The notes under the pieces were generated by a model. That model worked only from the letters and a program-made list of their open reading frames with translations, had not been told where the DNA came from and did not search any database. Positions 18,349-32,485 of a stretch of 64,000 bases of DNA are shown one piece after another (position 1 is the first letter of the stretch; the number at the start of each line of letters is the position of its first letter). The position numbers and the translations under genes are program-made. Source of the DNA: Balanoglossus misakiensis (lineage: Eukaryota > Animalia > Hemichordata); the NCBI GenBank assembly GCA_040954595.2, contig CM082576.2:11349129-11413128 (forward strand), in the 5' to 3' direction.

Positions 18349-21300
18349 CTACGACGGCATATATTTCATTCCAAATTATCCATCTTGTACCGCTATCGCA
18401 GCACATTTTTGTTGAATAGGTTTCACTTCGAAGGTGTGGAATATTCAATATTACAAACAAGATGTGACTAACCCAGTGATCTTGGTTGTTTTTTGTTTAT
18501 TTTCACAGCCCAATTTCCTGTCGCCTGACTGCTTTCACTTTAGCGAGTATGGCCACCAGGTTTCCGCAATGGAACTATGGAACAATTTGGTGAGAGAATG
18601 CTTTTTGCTTCGTTACTTTAATTAACTAGAGAAGAGATCCATTGCAGTGATTTGACTGTGGTAGAATGAAATATTTACACCACTTGATATTGCCGATGAC
18701 TGGACGATAACTCAAGATCTAATTTTATTGACAGATCGAACCAGCTGGAGAAAAGAGAAAATCGTGGTCGTATGATGACGTCATCGAATGCCCGGTAAGT
18801 TTATCGCCCTTTTATTATGTGGTTATTTTATCCGGATATGGTGAACATCAACCACCACGTGAAAAACTATTTCTTTCTTTGAGCTATTTCAGCGGAGAAA
18901 TGTGAGGTAACGATTAACGGTAGTTTTCCTTTTGATTGTTCTGTAGACCAATGACTATTTCTATACGTACATGAACACGCCGGGTTATGTTGCGCCGACC
19001 AGAGGACCAACGAGCCCGCAACCAACACAATTACCGACGGTGAGTTGAAAGTCTCGGGGACAGATTTTCAGAATAATGGTAGTCTTCCAAACCTTAAATA
19101 ATTTAATAGTTTGAAAAGAACGCTAATGTATGAAATGCCATTATTTTAACTTCACAGAGTCCGACACCAGCACCAACGTATAATTTTACATGTCCGTACA
19201 TTCCGCCATCGAATCAAATCCCGACATCAGGTGAGTGTCTTTTTTCCCTCGTCCAAATAACCGATTCCTTACAATCACAACTGGCACTATAGAATTGGCA
19301 CGTGGGGCGTAAAATAATTCTCAATATGTTCCCACTCCCAACAGTTCACGAACTGCGTCCTGGTGACGTGAAGGTCCTGGCTGCCCTCGGCGACTCAATC
19401 ACTGTAAGACCATCAATGTATTTTCAAGATACTCTCAGTTTCCTTTGGTGACTCGTGAAAGGGAACATCCTTCAGCTCTCGAAAGTGATGACATGGTCAG
19501 AGTGAAAGTCGAGTAGTTTATACTCTGCATGAGCAACTATACAAATATATTGACTGTATCCCTTACCACATGTTCCACGGGACAAACGATGAATGACACG
19601 CGACAACTTTATGATAACTTTGGCTGTGAAAAGATGTACCCCTTTCTTTCGAAAAAGATGGGTCTTAGGTTTAATTCTTGTTCCTACGTACCATAAAATA
19701 ATTCAATATTCCCGACAAACCTCGTTTACAAATTTCACAGGCAGGCTTCAATATATTATCAGAGACTTTCCGTGATTTAGGCCAACAGTTCAGAGGTTGG
19801 TCTTGGAGGTAAGCATTGCTTTGATATACGCCATCATTTTGTTTTCATCGTAGTGTTATCATGATGTTTGACAGTTTGACATTTTGGAAACGTTTTGTTT
19901 GTGTTTAATTTGACAAGTTCTTGTTATTTTCACCATTTCCTCTTCAGTATCGGTGGGGAGGATTCCTACGAAGAAGGCACATTGACACTGACAAGTATGT
20001 ATTCCAGTCACGTGACGTATCGGCTGTAGATTTATATGAAACAAATAATAAACAACGTCGAATGTCAAAATGATAATGTTTATATTATATGATAATATTT
20101 AGTATATAAACGATTAAATTTATCGTTTGTTCATTTCAAAATAGACATCCTGCGAAATTACAATCAAGATATTAAGGGTTATTCCCTCGGCACAGGGCCC
20201 CATACCAATTACACCATGTCAAGACTGAATGTGGCCATCGGAGGAGCAAGAGCACGGTTAGTGAATTTTAAGAAATTCTTCAAACATTTGTCAAAAAACC
20301 TAAAATAGAACTTTCCATGACTTCAGGTGATAAGTTTAAACATCAGTTTTATGGAAACAATTGAAACATTTTTTTATATCTTAGAGATTTAAAACTCAGA
20401 ACAGGGTAGATTAATGATCTTTTATCACCTTCTATTTCTCGACTGACTATACGCACGGTAAAGTGAATGGCCTCAAACTTTTTTGGCAATAATGATAATT
20501 AACACTGCCTCTTGTAGACACATGCTGGCCCAGACCGAAGATATGATCGACCGCATGAAGACCTGGGATGACGTTGATTTCGAAAACGACTGGAAAGTGG
20601 TGACTCTCTTCATCGGTGGTAACGATCTGTGTGCCTATGATCGAGACCGAGAAGGTTCCACTGCTGAGGTCTATAAGGCAGAGATTAAGGAGGCCTTAGA
20701 TCTTATGCACGCCGAGGTAAGCCCACCCTCTGATCTGTCTGTTGGTATTCTTGTGCCCATGCCACTGTGGAGCTCTAGGGTATATATTAAAAACGTCAGT
20801 GCACATGAATGCATGAATTCATATACTTTTCAACGTGAAAACAACAAATAAATAAATTAAAATCCCGTATCTCTGATTTTTTTTTTCAGATGCCAAGGAC
20901 GTTCGTTAACCTTGTACAGGTTCTCTTGGTAACAGAAATCAATAAACTGGACGGATATTGTGATTATTTACATTGGTAAGTTGATTAGAAATGTTTTACT
21001 GATTTAAGTATAGTATAGTTGATATTTGCCAGACTTCGTAAGTTTTGCCCAAAGCACGAATGCACAGTTCACATCTCGCCTTTGCGTTTCAGGCTAGCCT
21101 GTCGCCCAGCGAAGGCAAGATGGGACGAGAATTGGACACAAGTGTTAGACTTGGCCCACGAGTACCACGTAAGTGCAATTTCACCAGAACTTCCGTGCAG
21201 TTCACTTTAATACGAAGGCTTTGTTCCACGTTTTCACAATCTCACGATATGTCACGGGGATTCTTTTGATAGTTACAGTAAATACAGTAACCCTCTCCGT

Positions 21301-24300
21301 ATATACGCACCAGTTTGTCAGCGAACGGCAAATTGAACTCGCTTGTGAAATTCCCCAATTGGGTGCCCAGGGGCGAATGATGTGAAATTGAAGTCGTGTG
21401 GTTGGGAATAAGGCGAAGCTTCACTGACTCGGCAGTAAAGGACATGCTTAGTATCCAACATGTATATATATGATTGGAATACACACCACAAGGGAAGAAC
21501 AGTACTGTTTCTGCAATGTATGACACTCATTCCTTCTTCACTCATAGCGTGCTCTGGAAGACTTGGTGTTGTACGGTGACTACGACACCCGGGACGACTT
21601 CACGGTGGTCATACAGCCCTTCTTTGAAGAGACACACATCCCCTGGCTCGAGGTACGTGCTGCTTTTGATGACCAATCATGTGGCGAGGCACTTTTTCCC
21701 CAGCGTGACCAACCAAGAAGAAATCTGTGATTGGCTAAATGTCAAATTTCCATGACAACACGCAGAGGGTGACCGCATATGTCTTGATTTTTTTTCTCTT
21801 TAGGATGAACAAAAGTGGGACGACAGCCTGTTTTCGCCAGACTGTTTCCACTTCAGTGAAGAAGGACACCAACTTTGTGCGATGAGTCTATGGAACAATA
21901 TGGTGAGTAAACAGACACGTGGTTAGTGTTTGTTTGTGTGCATGTGTGTGTGTGTTAGAACAATCCCAATACATAGACACATCGACTCAAAACTTTCTCA
22001 CAGAACTCCCCAACATGATTCAATAGTTATGCTACCAACATATAGTGGGTCAGTTTTTCTTAATATTTCCCATTTAAAACGACAATTTTCTTTTCTTCAA
22101 GATCGAACCTGCGGGAGCGAAGCGGACGGCTTGGTTGCCCGAAGATGTCATTGAATGTCCGCCGGTGGTAAGTTGTTAGAATTCGCTCGCAGTAAACTCA
22201 ATAAAATCGAAATAAGATCACAATCTAATATTCTTACTACGATGTCCGGAATCACATCTGTTGACATATCTGTCATCAGGATGCTGGTGATTTTAATAAA
22301 ATATATATCTCATGTCTCTGTTTGCAGGATTTTGAGTACTTTTACACATACAAGAACACGCCTGGATATGTGACACCAACCCGCGGACCAACAGAAGAAC
22401 CTCCAACGGTGAGTAATGTCACGATAAATAATAACATGTATATTCAAATTTGGTTCATTCCGGCCGAAATCCACTTTTGCGCTCACAGCAAAACAAATAT
22501 GGCAACAGATTGCACCCGCCTCAGTTAGTTGTTTATTTGCAGCCATACCAATCTCAACGTATTGAAATTGTACCTTTCACCTATACAAAACGATGCAAGA
22601 ACTATTTTATATTTAATACCTGCATTCTATTTTACAGACCCCAGCGCGCCAGACTCCTGAACCTACCTACAACTTTACATGCCCATACCTTCCGCCATCA
22701 AATCAAGTCCCCACATCAGGTGAGGCCTAATGTTCTTATTTTGTCCGCCCATTTAATCATACCACGAAACGTTTTACCACAGTTTCAATCGAACACACAC
22801 ACAAACGTGACATGACACTCTTATCTGTGTATTTCCATTTCCAACAGTTCATGAACTGCGTCCGGGTGACGTGAAAGTTCTGGCGGCACTTGGTGACTCA
22901 ATCACGGTAGGTCTTCAGCTACTTAATCCCAAAGTGCCCAATGATAAGGGGAACTGTGGGAAAATTGTTTACTTGACTAAATTCCATGCTCCTATACTGT
23001 GAACTATTACCCGTTGATTTGAATGAGCCTTTTGGCTTTTAAGCCTTTATCTATAATAGAGCAAGATCTGAATAATACTGACGTGCGTTCTCTACCGACT
23101 TTACAGGCAGGCTTTAATATACTATCAGAGACTTTCCGTGAGTTGGGCGAACAGTTCAGAGGTTGGTCCTGGAGGTACGTCACCACTTCAGCATATCCTA
23201 CCCCTTTGTAGTTCTTGTTGTTGAACCTCTATAAACCAGACACCTCAGCAAACAGAGGTCATTTGATGTCCGGATTAAATAGATGTTAACATTTGACAAT
23301 TTCAATTTGGCGGGGTGTACATGCGTATATTCAGTCGTTAATTTTAGAAAATAATTATTTTCATTTTTTCAGTATTGGTGGAGAGGGTGTGTACGAGGAA
23401 GGCACGTTGACCCTGACAAGTATGTATTCAAAGTCACGTGACGTTACAATAATGTTACAATAATGGTCACGATAGTACACCACAGCGAACAGTACTGTTA
23501 ACCCAACGTTACACCATGCAGTGAGACCGATCTGAAATACAAAGTCACCAAAGTCGAAAATTATATATGAACGAGCAAACGTTTGGTCTTTATAAAGATC
23601 TTTTCTTTTACTGCTGCTGACACGCTATTTCAAGTAATATAAGTACGTTCCATATTTCGCGTATGTTATAAGGTATTGTTTTTTTCTTTTGGCTATAGAC
23701 ATCCTGCGCAAGTACAATCCAGATGTCAAAGGTTATTCCATTGGTACGGGATCCCATACCAATTACAACATATCCAGACTGAATGTGGCCGTAGGCGGAG
23801 CAAGAGCAAAGTTAGTGGATATAATGGAAATCTTGAAATATTTTCCAAAAAACCCAACTTTCCCAACTTCGAAGAATAATTAGGAAGCTTTATTCGAGCG
23901 TTTTATTCGAGTACGGCTATTGGAGAGGAGTCTATCCACGCCATTAATTGACAATTATCGTTGCAGGAATATGCTGGAGCAAACAGAAGATATGATCGAC
24001 CGCATGAAGACCTGGGATGGGGTGGATTGGGACAACGACTGGAAAGTAGTGACTCTTTTCATCGGTGGTAACGATCTGTGTGCCTATGATCGAGACAGAG
24101 AGGGTTCTACTGCCGCGGTCTATCAGACAGAGATCAAGAAAGCTTTGGATCTTATGCACGCCGAGGTAAGGCCATCCTCTGGATGGCATTGTATTTAACT
24201 GTGGGCATTCTTGTGCTAATTATGTTATATTAGCTAGGGTATAATGTGGGATTTGCTATTGATGTATTTCCGAACTTTTCACAACTGCAACCAAGAATTT

Positions 24301-27300
24301 GTTGCTTAACATCACTTATCTCTGTTTTAATAGATGCCAAGGACGTTCGTTAACCTTGTGCAGGTCCTCTTGGTAACAGAAATCAATAAACTGGAAGGAT
24401 ATTGTGATCTCATTCATTTGTAAGTTGATTGTGTAGAATTAAATTGTGATTTATTTGATTTATTCGTTCGAAAAGACGTCCACTTGTCCTAACAAAATAG
24501 CCATTGAAAAATCGTTTTTTTTTCTCCTCTTTGCATTCCAGGGCAGCATGTCGCCCCGCGAAGGAGAGGTGGGACGAAAACTGGGAGGAAGTGTTAGACT
24601 TGACGCATGCGTATCACGTAAGTGAACCATCCACACGACCGAAAAGCGCCCAAAGCTAGGGTTTTAATGATCCAACGCCTAATCCTACTGGTGCAGACAT
24701 GGTAGACTTGAAAGTATAGGAAAAGTCAACGCACTTGTAAATGTTGAACCAAACAACTTTTCGTAACGTTAGTGGTTCATTAGCATTCTGGGGAGACTAT
24801 TTTCTCATGGAATTGTCATTTTTCACTGACACGTTTTGACATATGAACATTTCATTCCACCTGTAGCGTGCACTGGAAGATCTCGTGCTTTATGGTGACT
24901 ACGACACGCGAGATGATTTCACAGTGGTTATACAGCCTTTCTATGAAGAGACCTATATCCCCTGGCTGGAAGTACGTATGAAGACTTCTCTCCATCCTAA
25001 CACTGAAGTACCGTCAGGGTACCATTAAAGACACGAAACCGTTAATTCTACGTTCATTTATTTTCAACGGCATCTTCCTGGTGTGTTCCAAGAATGTATA
25101 CATAACAAATGTTTATTGTTTTTTTTTATCTTTGCCAGGATGAGGGAAAGTGGGACGACAGCCTGTTTTCGCCGGACTGCTTTCACTTCAGCGAATACGG
25201 ACATCAAATCAGCGCAATGAGTCTGTGGAACAACATGGTGAGAAAAAATGTTTTGTGCATGTGGGATTTGGTACAACACTGACACACGGTCACTACCACT
25301 GGAGTGACCGTGGCTGACACACAGGGCATACTAGTATACAACGCCGTATTTTGCGCAGGCATTGTCCGCTCGCACGGGTCGTTGGCTCGACCACAGTCTC
25401 CCCAGCGGAGGGCAAGATGTTGGCAGGCGAAGATGATTTCCAGGCTACCAAAGTGAGATATTTGATTTAAACGACAAAACCAGAACATGCGCGCGCGTAA
25501 TTTAACTTCTTGTGTTTCCATTTTACGTTTGCCTCTTTAAAGATCGAACCTGTGGGAGAGAAGCGCACGGGTTGGGTACCAGAAGATGTCGTAGAATGCC
25601 CACCGGAGGTAAGCTGATACCAGCTGCAGAAGTTAACATTATGTTCGTATAGTGACATGACTGCAAACATAGTGTTCTCTTATTTGTGTACACATATATA
25701 GTCCAATGCAGAATACCATTGACATATTGATTGCTGTGTTGATAAGTACTCGTTAATCGGTTAATAACCAACGGAAAGGAAGGATGGACTGTGATAATAA
25801 TGCCAACTTTTAATGCATAAAACTTCACGTCTCCGTTACAGGATTTTGAGTATTTCTACACTTACATGAACACTCCTGGATATGTGATACCAACCAGAGG
25901 ACCAACGACGCTGCCTCCCTCTGTAAGTACATTCTACATGTAGGTTAGAAAAAAAGCGTCAAAGTAACATTACATGCCATCTTATAGTTTTTTGAAGAAA
26001 TAAACCAAACGTGCGTACATTTTAACGGCTCGAATGCCTGTCGATTAAAGTGTGCATGCCATTTGTTGTGGAAGTTACTTGTTTTCCTGTCAAATCTCCG
26101 TAATGGGGTTATTTCCATGTTTTCGGTTGCGAAAACTTTGAGCGACTGGCGAAATTTGCCACTTTTCACGGGGCAAAATGTACAGGACATGACGATGGAA
26201 CAGAATACCGTTCGCGATGTTGTGTTTGGCTTGAAATACTGCACTTGTAAGTGTCACTGAGTACCGTACGTTTATCTGTCACTAGACCGAGGAACCAACA
26301 CAACCTTACAAGTTTGCATGCGAAATTACAGCACCTTCCAATGAAATTCCTACTTCAGGTGAGTGGTCACATTTTGACTGTGGATATTGGTTCGGCGTGA
26401 AGACACTTTGAAGTTAGACATTATGCAAATGTATAGTCCGAATCTGAAAATATCAACAATAAACATTTTTTCTCTGACTTTGTTTGTCTTGATTTTAGCT
26501 CACAAACTTCGTCCAGCTGATGTAAAGGTTATAGCCGCCCTCGGGGATTCCATCACGGTGAGAATTTTCTCCCAAAATTATTTATATTAAAATAATTATT
26601 CATTTGCAACATCATTTAAATTAAAAACTTTACCCAAAACGATCACAGTGTAGAAAGTCTCTTACCACCCGAATTCGATACTTACCACAGAACTTTCATT
26701 CAATGTCATCTGACTTTTTCAGGCTGCGAACGGCGCAGGCGCAGACAATTTATTACAAGTTGCTATCCAGTACCGAGGTTTGTCATACAGGTAAGAGACG
26801 GCTGTTTTTTCACTGACCTCGACGCTGTTGCCATGGAAACATATCATGGTCCAGCAGAGAATGATTATTTTCTCCGGGTATATTATGGAGACAGAAAATA
26901 AAACATTACACGGCAAAAATAGGACAGGTGAAGAGTAGGGTAAAGGGTTGTAAAGGATGATGGCTGAACATTTTTCGGATGATTCGATTATCGGTACGAT
27001 TATATCTACTTACTTTCAGCATTGGTGGAGACGAAACCCTGAATGATGGTGTTCTGACGTTATCAAGTAAGTCAAATTCACCATGTATTGCCTGCATCTA
27101 TCATACAGCATATCCATTCCATGTCGAGATTTAAGAGAATGTCTACCAAATGTTTAAAAAAAATACCACACCGATCTCTCTTCAGATGTACTGCGCATGT
27201 ACAACCCAGATTTGAAGGGATACTCGACAGACACCGGTCCCGACTCGAACCTTGAAAATTCAAAACTGAATGTTGCTGTACCAGGAGCAAGGGCAAGGTA

Positions 27301-29758
27301 TATAAGTTGTAAAATATGACTGCACATGACATGGCCCCAAGAGATCTACACACGAGCCAATCAGACATACAGACAGACAGAACTACTAATGTAAACTTCT
27401 TCCATAACAACACCGGTAGTCGGTACCGTCCCAAACGTCTCCCATATTTTCTCTGCCAGGCACATGTACGAGCAGACGGAAGAGATGATAACCCGGATGA
27501 AGGACTGGGAGGAAGTCGACTACGACAACGACTGGAAAGTTGTCACTCTGTTCATCGGCGGGAATGACCTCTGTGCGTGTTCCAACTACAGCGCCGTAGA
27601 ATACGCTGCTGAAATTGAAAAGGCCTTAGATCTTATGCACCAAGAGGTACCCCATACACTTTGTGTTAATATTTGAAACTTCACGAGTATGATCGACCAA
27701 ACTTAGATACTATAAGTATGACGACATTGTTTTTCTGTCATGATTGATGGTAATATACGCATGCGTTTTGTAAGGAGGAATGCGTTGCAAGATAGTAAAG
27801 ATCACGACTAAATTTGCAAATTTTGCAAATCGTAGAGCACGGGAAAAATATTCATGGTATCTTTTCTTTCTTGCGCAGATGCCGAGGACGTTTGTTAACC
27901 TTGCTCAGGTTGTCGTGGTAACAGAATTAAACAAACTGGACGAAGGGTTCTGTGATACCTTACATTTGTAAGTCATTTTTTGTATTCAGTTTAAAGCTGC
28001 ATTGTATGCGTCGAATGTAATAAATGCAACATTGGAAAGTTTACAAAATTCCACAGAAAATGTCAGGGCATGCTGTCCAGTTATATGTACATAAATCTTC
28101 ATTTTGAACTGATTCGCGTTTCGCGATTCGCATCATCTTCTCTCCTGTCTTGTTTTTTGACTTTTTCCGGAACCCTGCAAATCGTATTAATCCGTGTACT
28201 TTTCATTTTCTCACAGAGCCTATTGCTCATGCGCGAAAGAAATATACAACGAAAATTGGGAAAAGGTTCTCGATTTGACTCACGCGTACCATGTAAGTTA
28301 GTTTTGCTGAAACAATAACGATTATAGGAGTTTCAATTCAAAGTACGGTACAAAAGTTCATTTTGTAAAAAGCCCATGATGGCATCTGTTTTTCTGCCTT
28401 GGTTTGGTTTTGACTGTCACGTTATTTCTCCCAGCAAGCACTGCGAGACCTCGTGGCCACTGGTAAATACGACACGCGAGAAGACTTCACCGTGGTTCTG
28501 CAACCTTTCTTCGAAGAAACGTATATTCCTTGGAATGAAGTGAGTATTTGGGGATGTCGCATAAACGTCTTGCACTTTCACACCATGTGTATTTATAACA
28601 CCACCGTGGATACAACTTTTCATACAAACATTTCTCTTCCGCTGCTGGGACTCTATTTCTTCACTTCTCCCGAATTTTGAAAATAGAGAAATACTGTTTA
28701 CGACAGACTGCACATGCTGATATCTGCGGTCTTCATGTTCTCTCTCATCAGGAAACAGGCGACTGGGATGACTCGATGTTTTCACCGGACTGCTTTCACT
28801 TCAGCGAATACGGACATCAGATGTGTGCAATGAGTCTGTGGAACAACATGGTGAGTTTTACCGCGACACTCTTCATGACACTGCGCATTACTTTGTGACG
28901 TCATACCGACGTTGGTAGTGAAGAATATTGTCGTCTACTCAGTGAATCGCAGTCTCATCGCTTACTTTTCCCCCGGAAAATGAGCTTTTGATCATGTCAT
29001 GAAGAGCAGACTCAGACTTGTCTCGTATTAAGACTTTTTCTTTTTTATCACGTTCACAAAGATTGAACCAGTCGGTGAAAAGAGGAAAGGCTGGACCGAA
29101 GATGACATTCTTGAATGTCCACACGAGGTAAGTGTCAGTCAGCTGGTAATCAACATTTAGATGACGTCATGAATGCCAATGATGTCATGCAGACCTTGAG
29201 CAATGACGCATGTTTGAGATAATTTGGAATAATTGACTCACTGTCGAGTACAAGAATTACAGGCGACGACTTTTCCAACATTGTACCAACTCGCGTTTCC
29301 ATATGAAATATGGTTTACTATGATCAATAAAATTGAACGCAAATATCTGGTGGGAGTTGATATAGTAAATTCCTGCCGGTAAGTTTACTCAGTTAATGTG
29401 TTATCAGTTATTATAAACAGAAACCAGTGATTTATGAATAGTTTTTGTAGCCATCGATGTCATCTTCAAAGCTATTCTGTATGGTTTCCAACAGGGCTTT
29501 GAATACTTCTACACGAACCTGAACTCTCCGAGGAACCCCACAGCCCGACCAGGTACCACCACAGAAGCGACCAAACCACAAACTACAGCGGCTGCGGAAG
29601 AGCCGGTCAGTTCAGAACCCGCGTGTACAGACTACACGATTGCCTTCATCACCGCCATCTTGATTTGCATCGTGCTGTTGATCGTCTGCATATGTGGCAT
29701 CGTTTACCTCGTTTACAAAGTATCCTCAATGTCATCAAAGTCAAACACATACTTTTAG
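10493..29758 (+). CDS. PLB1-like: PLB1-like gene P2: four tandem SGNH domains (A-B-B'-C), type I membrane protein
   Basis: Signal exon 10493-10586 ([21 protein letters not shown]), Pro-rich exon 11208-11428, then exon 13309-13378. GDS exons start at 16114 (ALGDSLT), 19345, 22848 and 26499 (ALGDSIT). GGNDLC exons at ~17101, ~20518, ~23967 and ~27460. SPDCFHFS exons at ~18509, ~21803, ~25139 and ~28752. Thr/Pro linkers separate the domains. The last exon 29495-29758 has a stalk, TM ([26 protein letters not shown]) and ends SNTYF*. No stop or frameshift seen in the spliced frame. Confidence 0.92.
11687..11746. repeat. (GAGT)n/(GA)n plus poly-G low-complexity tract in P2 intron 2
   Basis: gagtgagtgagtgagtgagtgagagagagag...gcggggggggggggg seen directly. 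Confidence 0.85.
13548..15970. repeat. Tandem satellite/minisatellite, 87-88 bp monomer, about 27.5 copies, inside P2 intron 3
   Basis: Consensus TCATGGGTTATAGCTCATGAAAATCATCAAAAAATGACAATTTGTCGACTTTGCGAATTTTCAAAATTTGGCCATTTTTCACAAAAA. Copies are head-to-tail with no spacers and differ by single substitutions and A-run length. Confidence 0.97.
18227..18349 (+). repeat. Compound (GGT)n(GAT)~30 microsatellite in the P2 domain-1 intron
   Basis: Seen directly, in the intron after the ...[13 protein letters not shown] exon. It is the source of the poly-D/M/I ORFs. Confidence 0.95.
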
Positions 29759-31563
29759 ACCAGAGAAAAAAAAATTAATAGTATTACTTTTGCTTATGAA
29801 ATGGAAACGCAATACTTAGGCAACAAATCGACAACGTGATGTCATTTCGCCGACTTAAAAAAAGAGAAACTGGCAGACTTACTGTATTGGTCTGTCTTTT
29901 ATTTGTAATAACTAGTTAACCCACTTGGCGTGAAAACATGTGATCGACTTGTCCCACATAATGAAATGTTGCCATGTGTTTGATTACTCCCTCCAAGAGC
30001 GAGAAATATTATTTTTCGGTGATGATATTTTCTGTAGATTGCGTTTGTATATTTTCTCTATTTTGTCTATTATTTCAACTTTATCACGTGACGACAGTCA
30101 CGTGTTGTATCTGTTGAAAGATTTTAATGTTTTTTAATGACAATACATGCGAACTTCCTCCTATGATTGCCATGATTCAGTTGTTTATTAAAAATACCCT
30201 AAACTACCCCTGTCGTAAAATACTTTACTGCTGATAACCTTGATAATTTCTGGCAGAATATTTACCATTCCACTAATTCTTTCGAGTGGAACGTGAAATT
30301 AAATTGAAAACATCAAATAGACAACTGGTTTCTGGCTTATAAATTACAAATCTCGCGATTCGCGGGATTTACGCCAATCTTCGGACAGAACTCTCTAATT
30401 ACTCACACCTATGTCGCCGTCGGTTCGCCAGCTAGACGTCCTTCAGTCTGGTTTACCCCCAAAATATTCAAACGCTTCAAAGGGTTGTTGGCTCTCAGAT
30501 GACTGCGAAGATCGCGGGGCATAACCTCGTGGTTTCCTCGGACAAAAAAATTAATTAATGAGTTATTTACGACCTGGGCAGCCGCTAATGATGGGATGGC
30601 GTGGTACGCAAGATTTCATCGTTATCTGTCGAATTCGATCGCACACGCCGAAAAGCGCCAACATTGTCAACACGGCAGCTGTTGTGGCGTTATACGACAA
30701 GTGCTAATCTCTCACATTAGTTACATGTAGCTTGCACATAAAAATGGTCTTAGCTGTTGGGAGAACTTCCAACCAGTCTAGTAAGTCTGCTTTAGGCATG
30801 ATGAACCCATGTTAAAACTTCCATCTTGTCATTCCCGTGTTTGATGTCATATTTTATTCGACCTATTACACACAGTGCAACTATTTATTTGTTTTGGCAA
30901 CAATCGATTGCAGATGAAAATACAGCGCACTCCATTATTCGTTGCTATGCAGCACGGCGATTTCTTCTTTTGCCGCCTTGCACGCAGAAGTAAACAAGCA
31001 TTTGTTGACCCAGATTTTGAAAAGAGGGCATGCACATAATATTACCCAGGTACTGATGTAACGGTAATTCTGTCTTGCTACTCGGAATACGGTCCGCACG
31101 TTTAACCACAATTCAAACAAAGTGGCTCGTTTCCCCCCGTCTGGTCCGACACAAGTGTGGTATTCTGCACTATGAGCACAACTGCCATGTAATAAATTCT
31201 GGGGAAATTGTCCTTTATATTCTGCAAGACAAAATGAACAACATCTTTGGAGGTTCTCAGGTAAATTACTGGTTACAGCAGATGAGTATTGTAGATTGGA
31301 AACGTAGAGACGACTGTACTCATTCGCAAGGACGTTCGGCGGCTCAGCTCTATTAATACAAACTGGAAATCGAACAGAAACGTCCATCACTGATAGGAAG
31401 CCAAGCTAATAATAAAAACTTAATTAAATTGAACATCGCGTGTCTGTCGGCATCTGAGATTGCGTATCTCGTCACTTAAAAACCAAATTCCCACACCTTC
31501 CCTCTCAAAATAAAGCAAACCGGTTTTTGAAGCGAGTCGGTCGGTCATTGCACGCAAACTGGA

Positions 31564-32454
31564 ATGAAGATGAGACTAGTGTCGGTTTTCTTGGTCGTCT
31601 GTTTCTTGCCATTTCTGTTTTGCTCCGAACAAGGAGACGGCGGCTGGCCACAAGCATGTGAGTAGCAGAGCACAAGACGTTTTGCGCTATAGTTTCTTGC
31701 CATCAAGACATTGTTCTACTCGGTGTTGTGCACATGTATGATTGAAAGCTGGTGTTATAGAGAGGGGGGATGGATGGCTGACAATGTGTCAGCTTCAGTA
31801 AAAAAACTAAACTTGAAATATTGCAAATTGAATCTCAATTTATCGAGGATAGAATTTGGTATTCATTTTTCTTCCTGGAGTTCTGAGCTCAACGTCCAAG
31901 GTGATCTCGTGGAAGTTATTAGTAACTCGAGGGATTCATTTTGGAAGCGTTGATTCAGTTCATGTCAATCCGACTATTTAATAAAAGTCAGGTCATCTTT
32001 CTGTAATCATGGGTAATTTTTTCCGGATTCGGCGAAATCTGTGGAGTTCTGCCTGCTACGACAGGAGTTCCAAGGAGAGAAGCCATAAACCAAAAAAATA
32101 CTCTGCCATTGCATGTTTCCGATGTCAGAATTGTGTCATTAATATAATTCTAGCATGGAACCGCTACCTGGAATCGATCGAATATTACCGAAGAAATGGC
32201 GCGTTTCCGAGTAGCATCGGTCGTCAGGAGTCTCTGGAAGATCGGTTGTTGTCGGAACTTTCCAAAAACCAGCCAGCAGCCACGCCAGCACTGCCAAGGC
32301 CGCCCAATCTGCCCGACCTGCCGGACTTGAACCTGACCATTCCCAGATTTTTGTGCTTCGTAAGTATTGTACTGCTAAGTGTTGTGATTGGGCAGACGGT
32401 GAAAATCTTTTTACAAGGTGGTGAACTTCGTTAAAGAAATAACGACTTTGAACG

Positions 32455-32485
<31 letters not shown>

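Noticed and set aside
18092-18460. Poly-D, poly-M and poly-I ORFs
   Set aside because: Read-through from a real exon into the intronic (GGT)(GAT) microsatellite; the exon ends at a donor at 18181.
20007-23442. Two perfect GTCACGTGAC (CLEAR/E-box) palindromes at 20007 and 23433
   Set aside because: They are copies of one site created by the domain duplication and lie deep in introns, so they are not independent evidence of TFEB-type regulation.
30935-31390. 151-aa - strand ORF upstream of P3
   Set aside because: No recognisable domain, no supporting splice pattern, and a length attainable by chance. Not called without a homology search.
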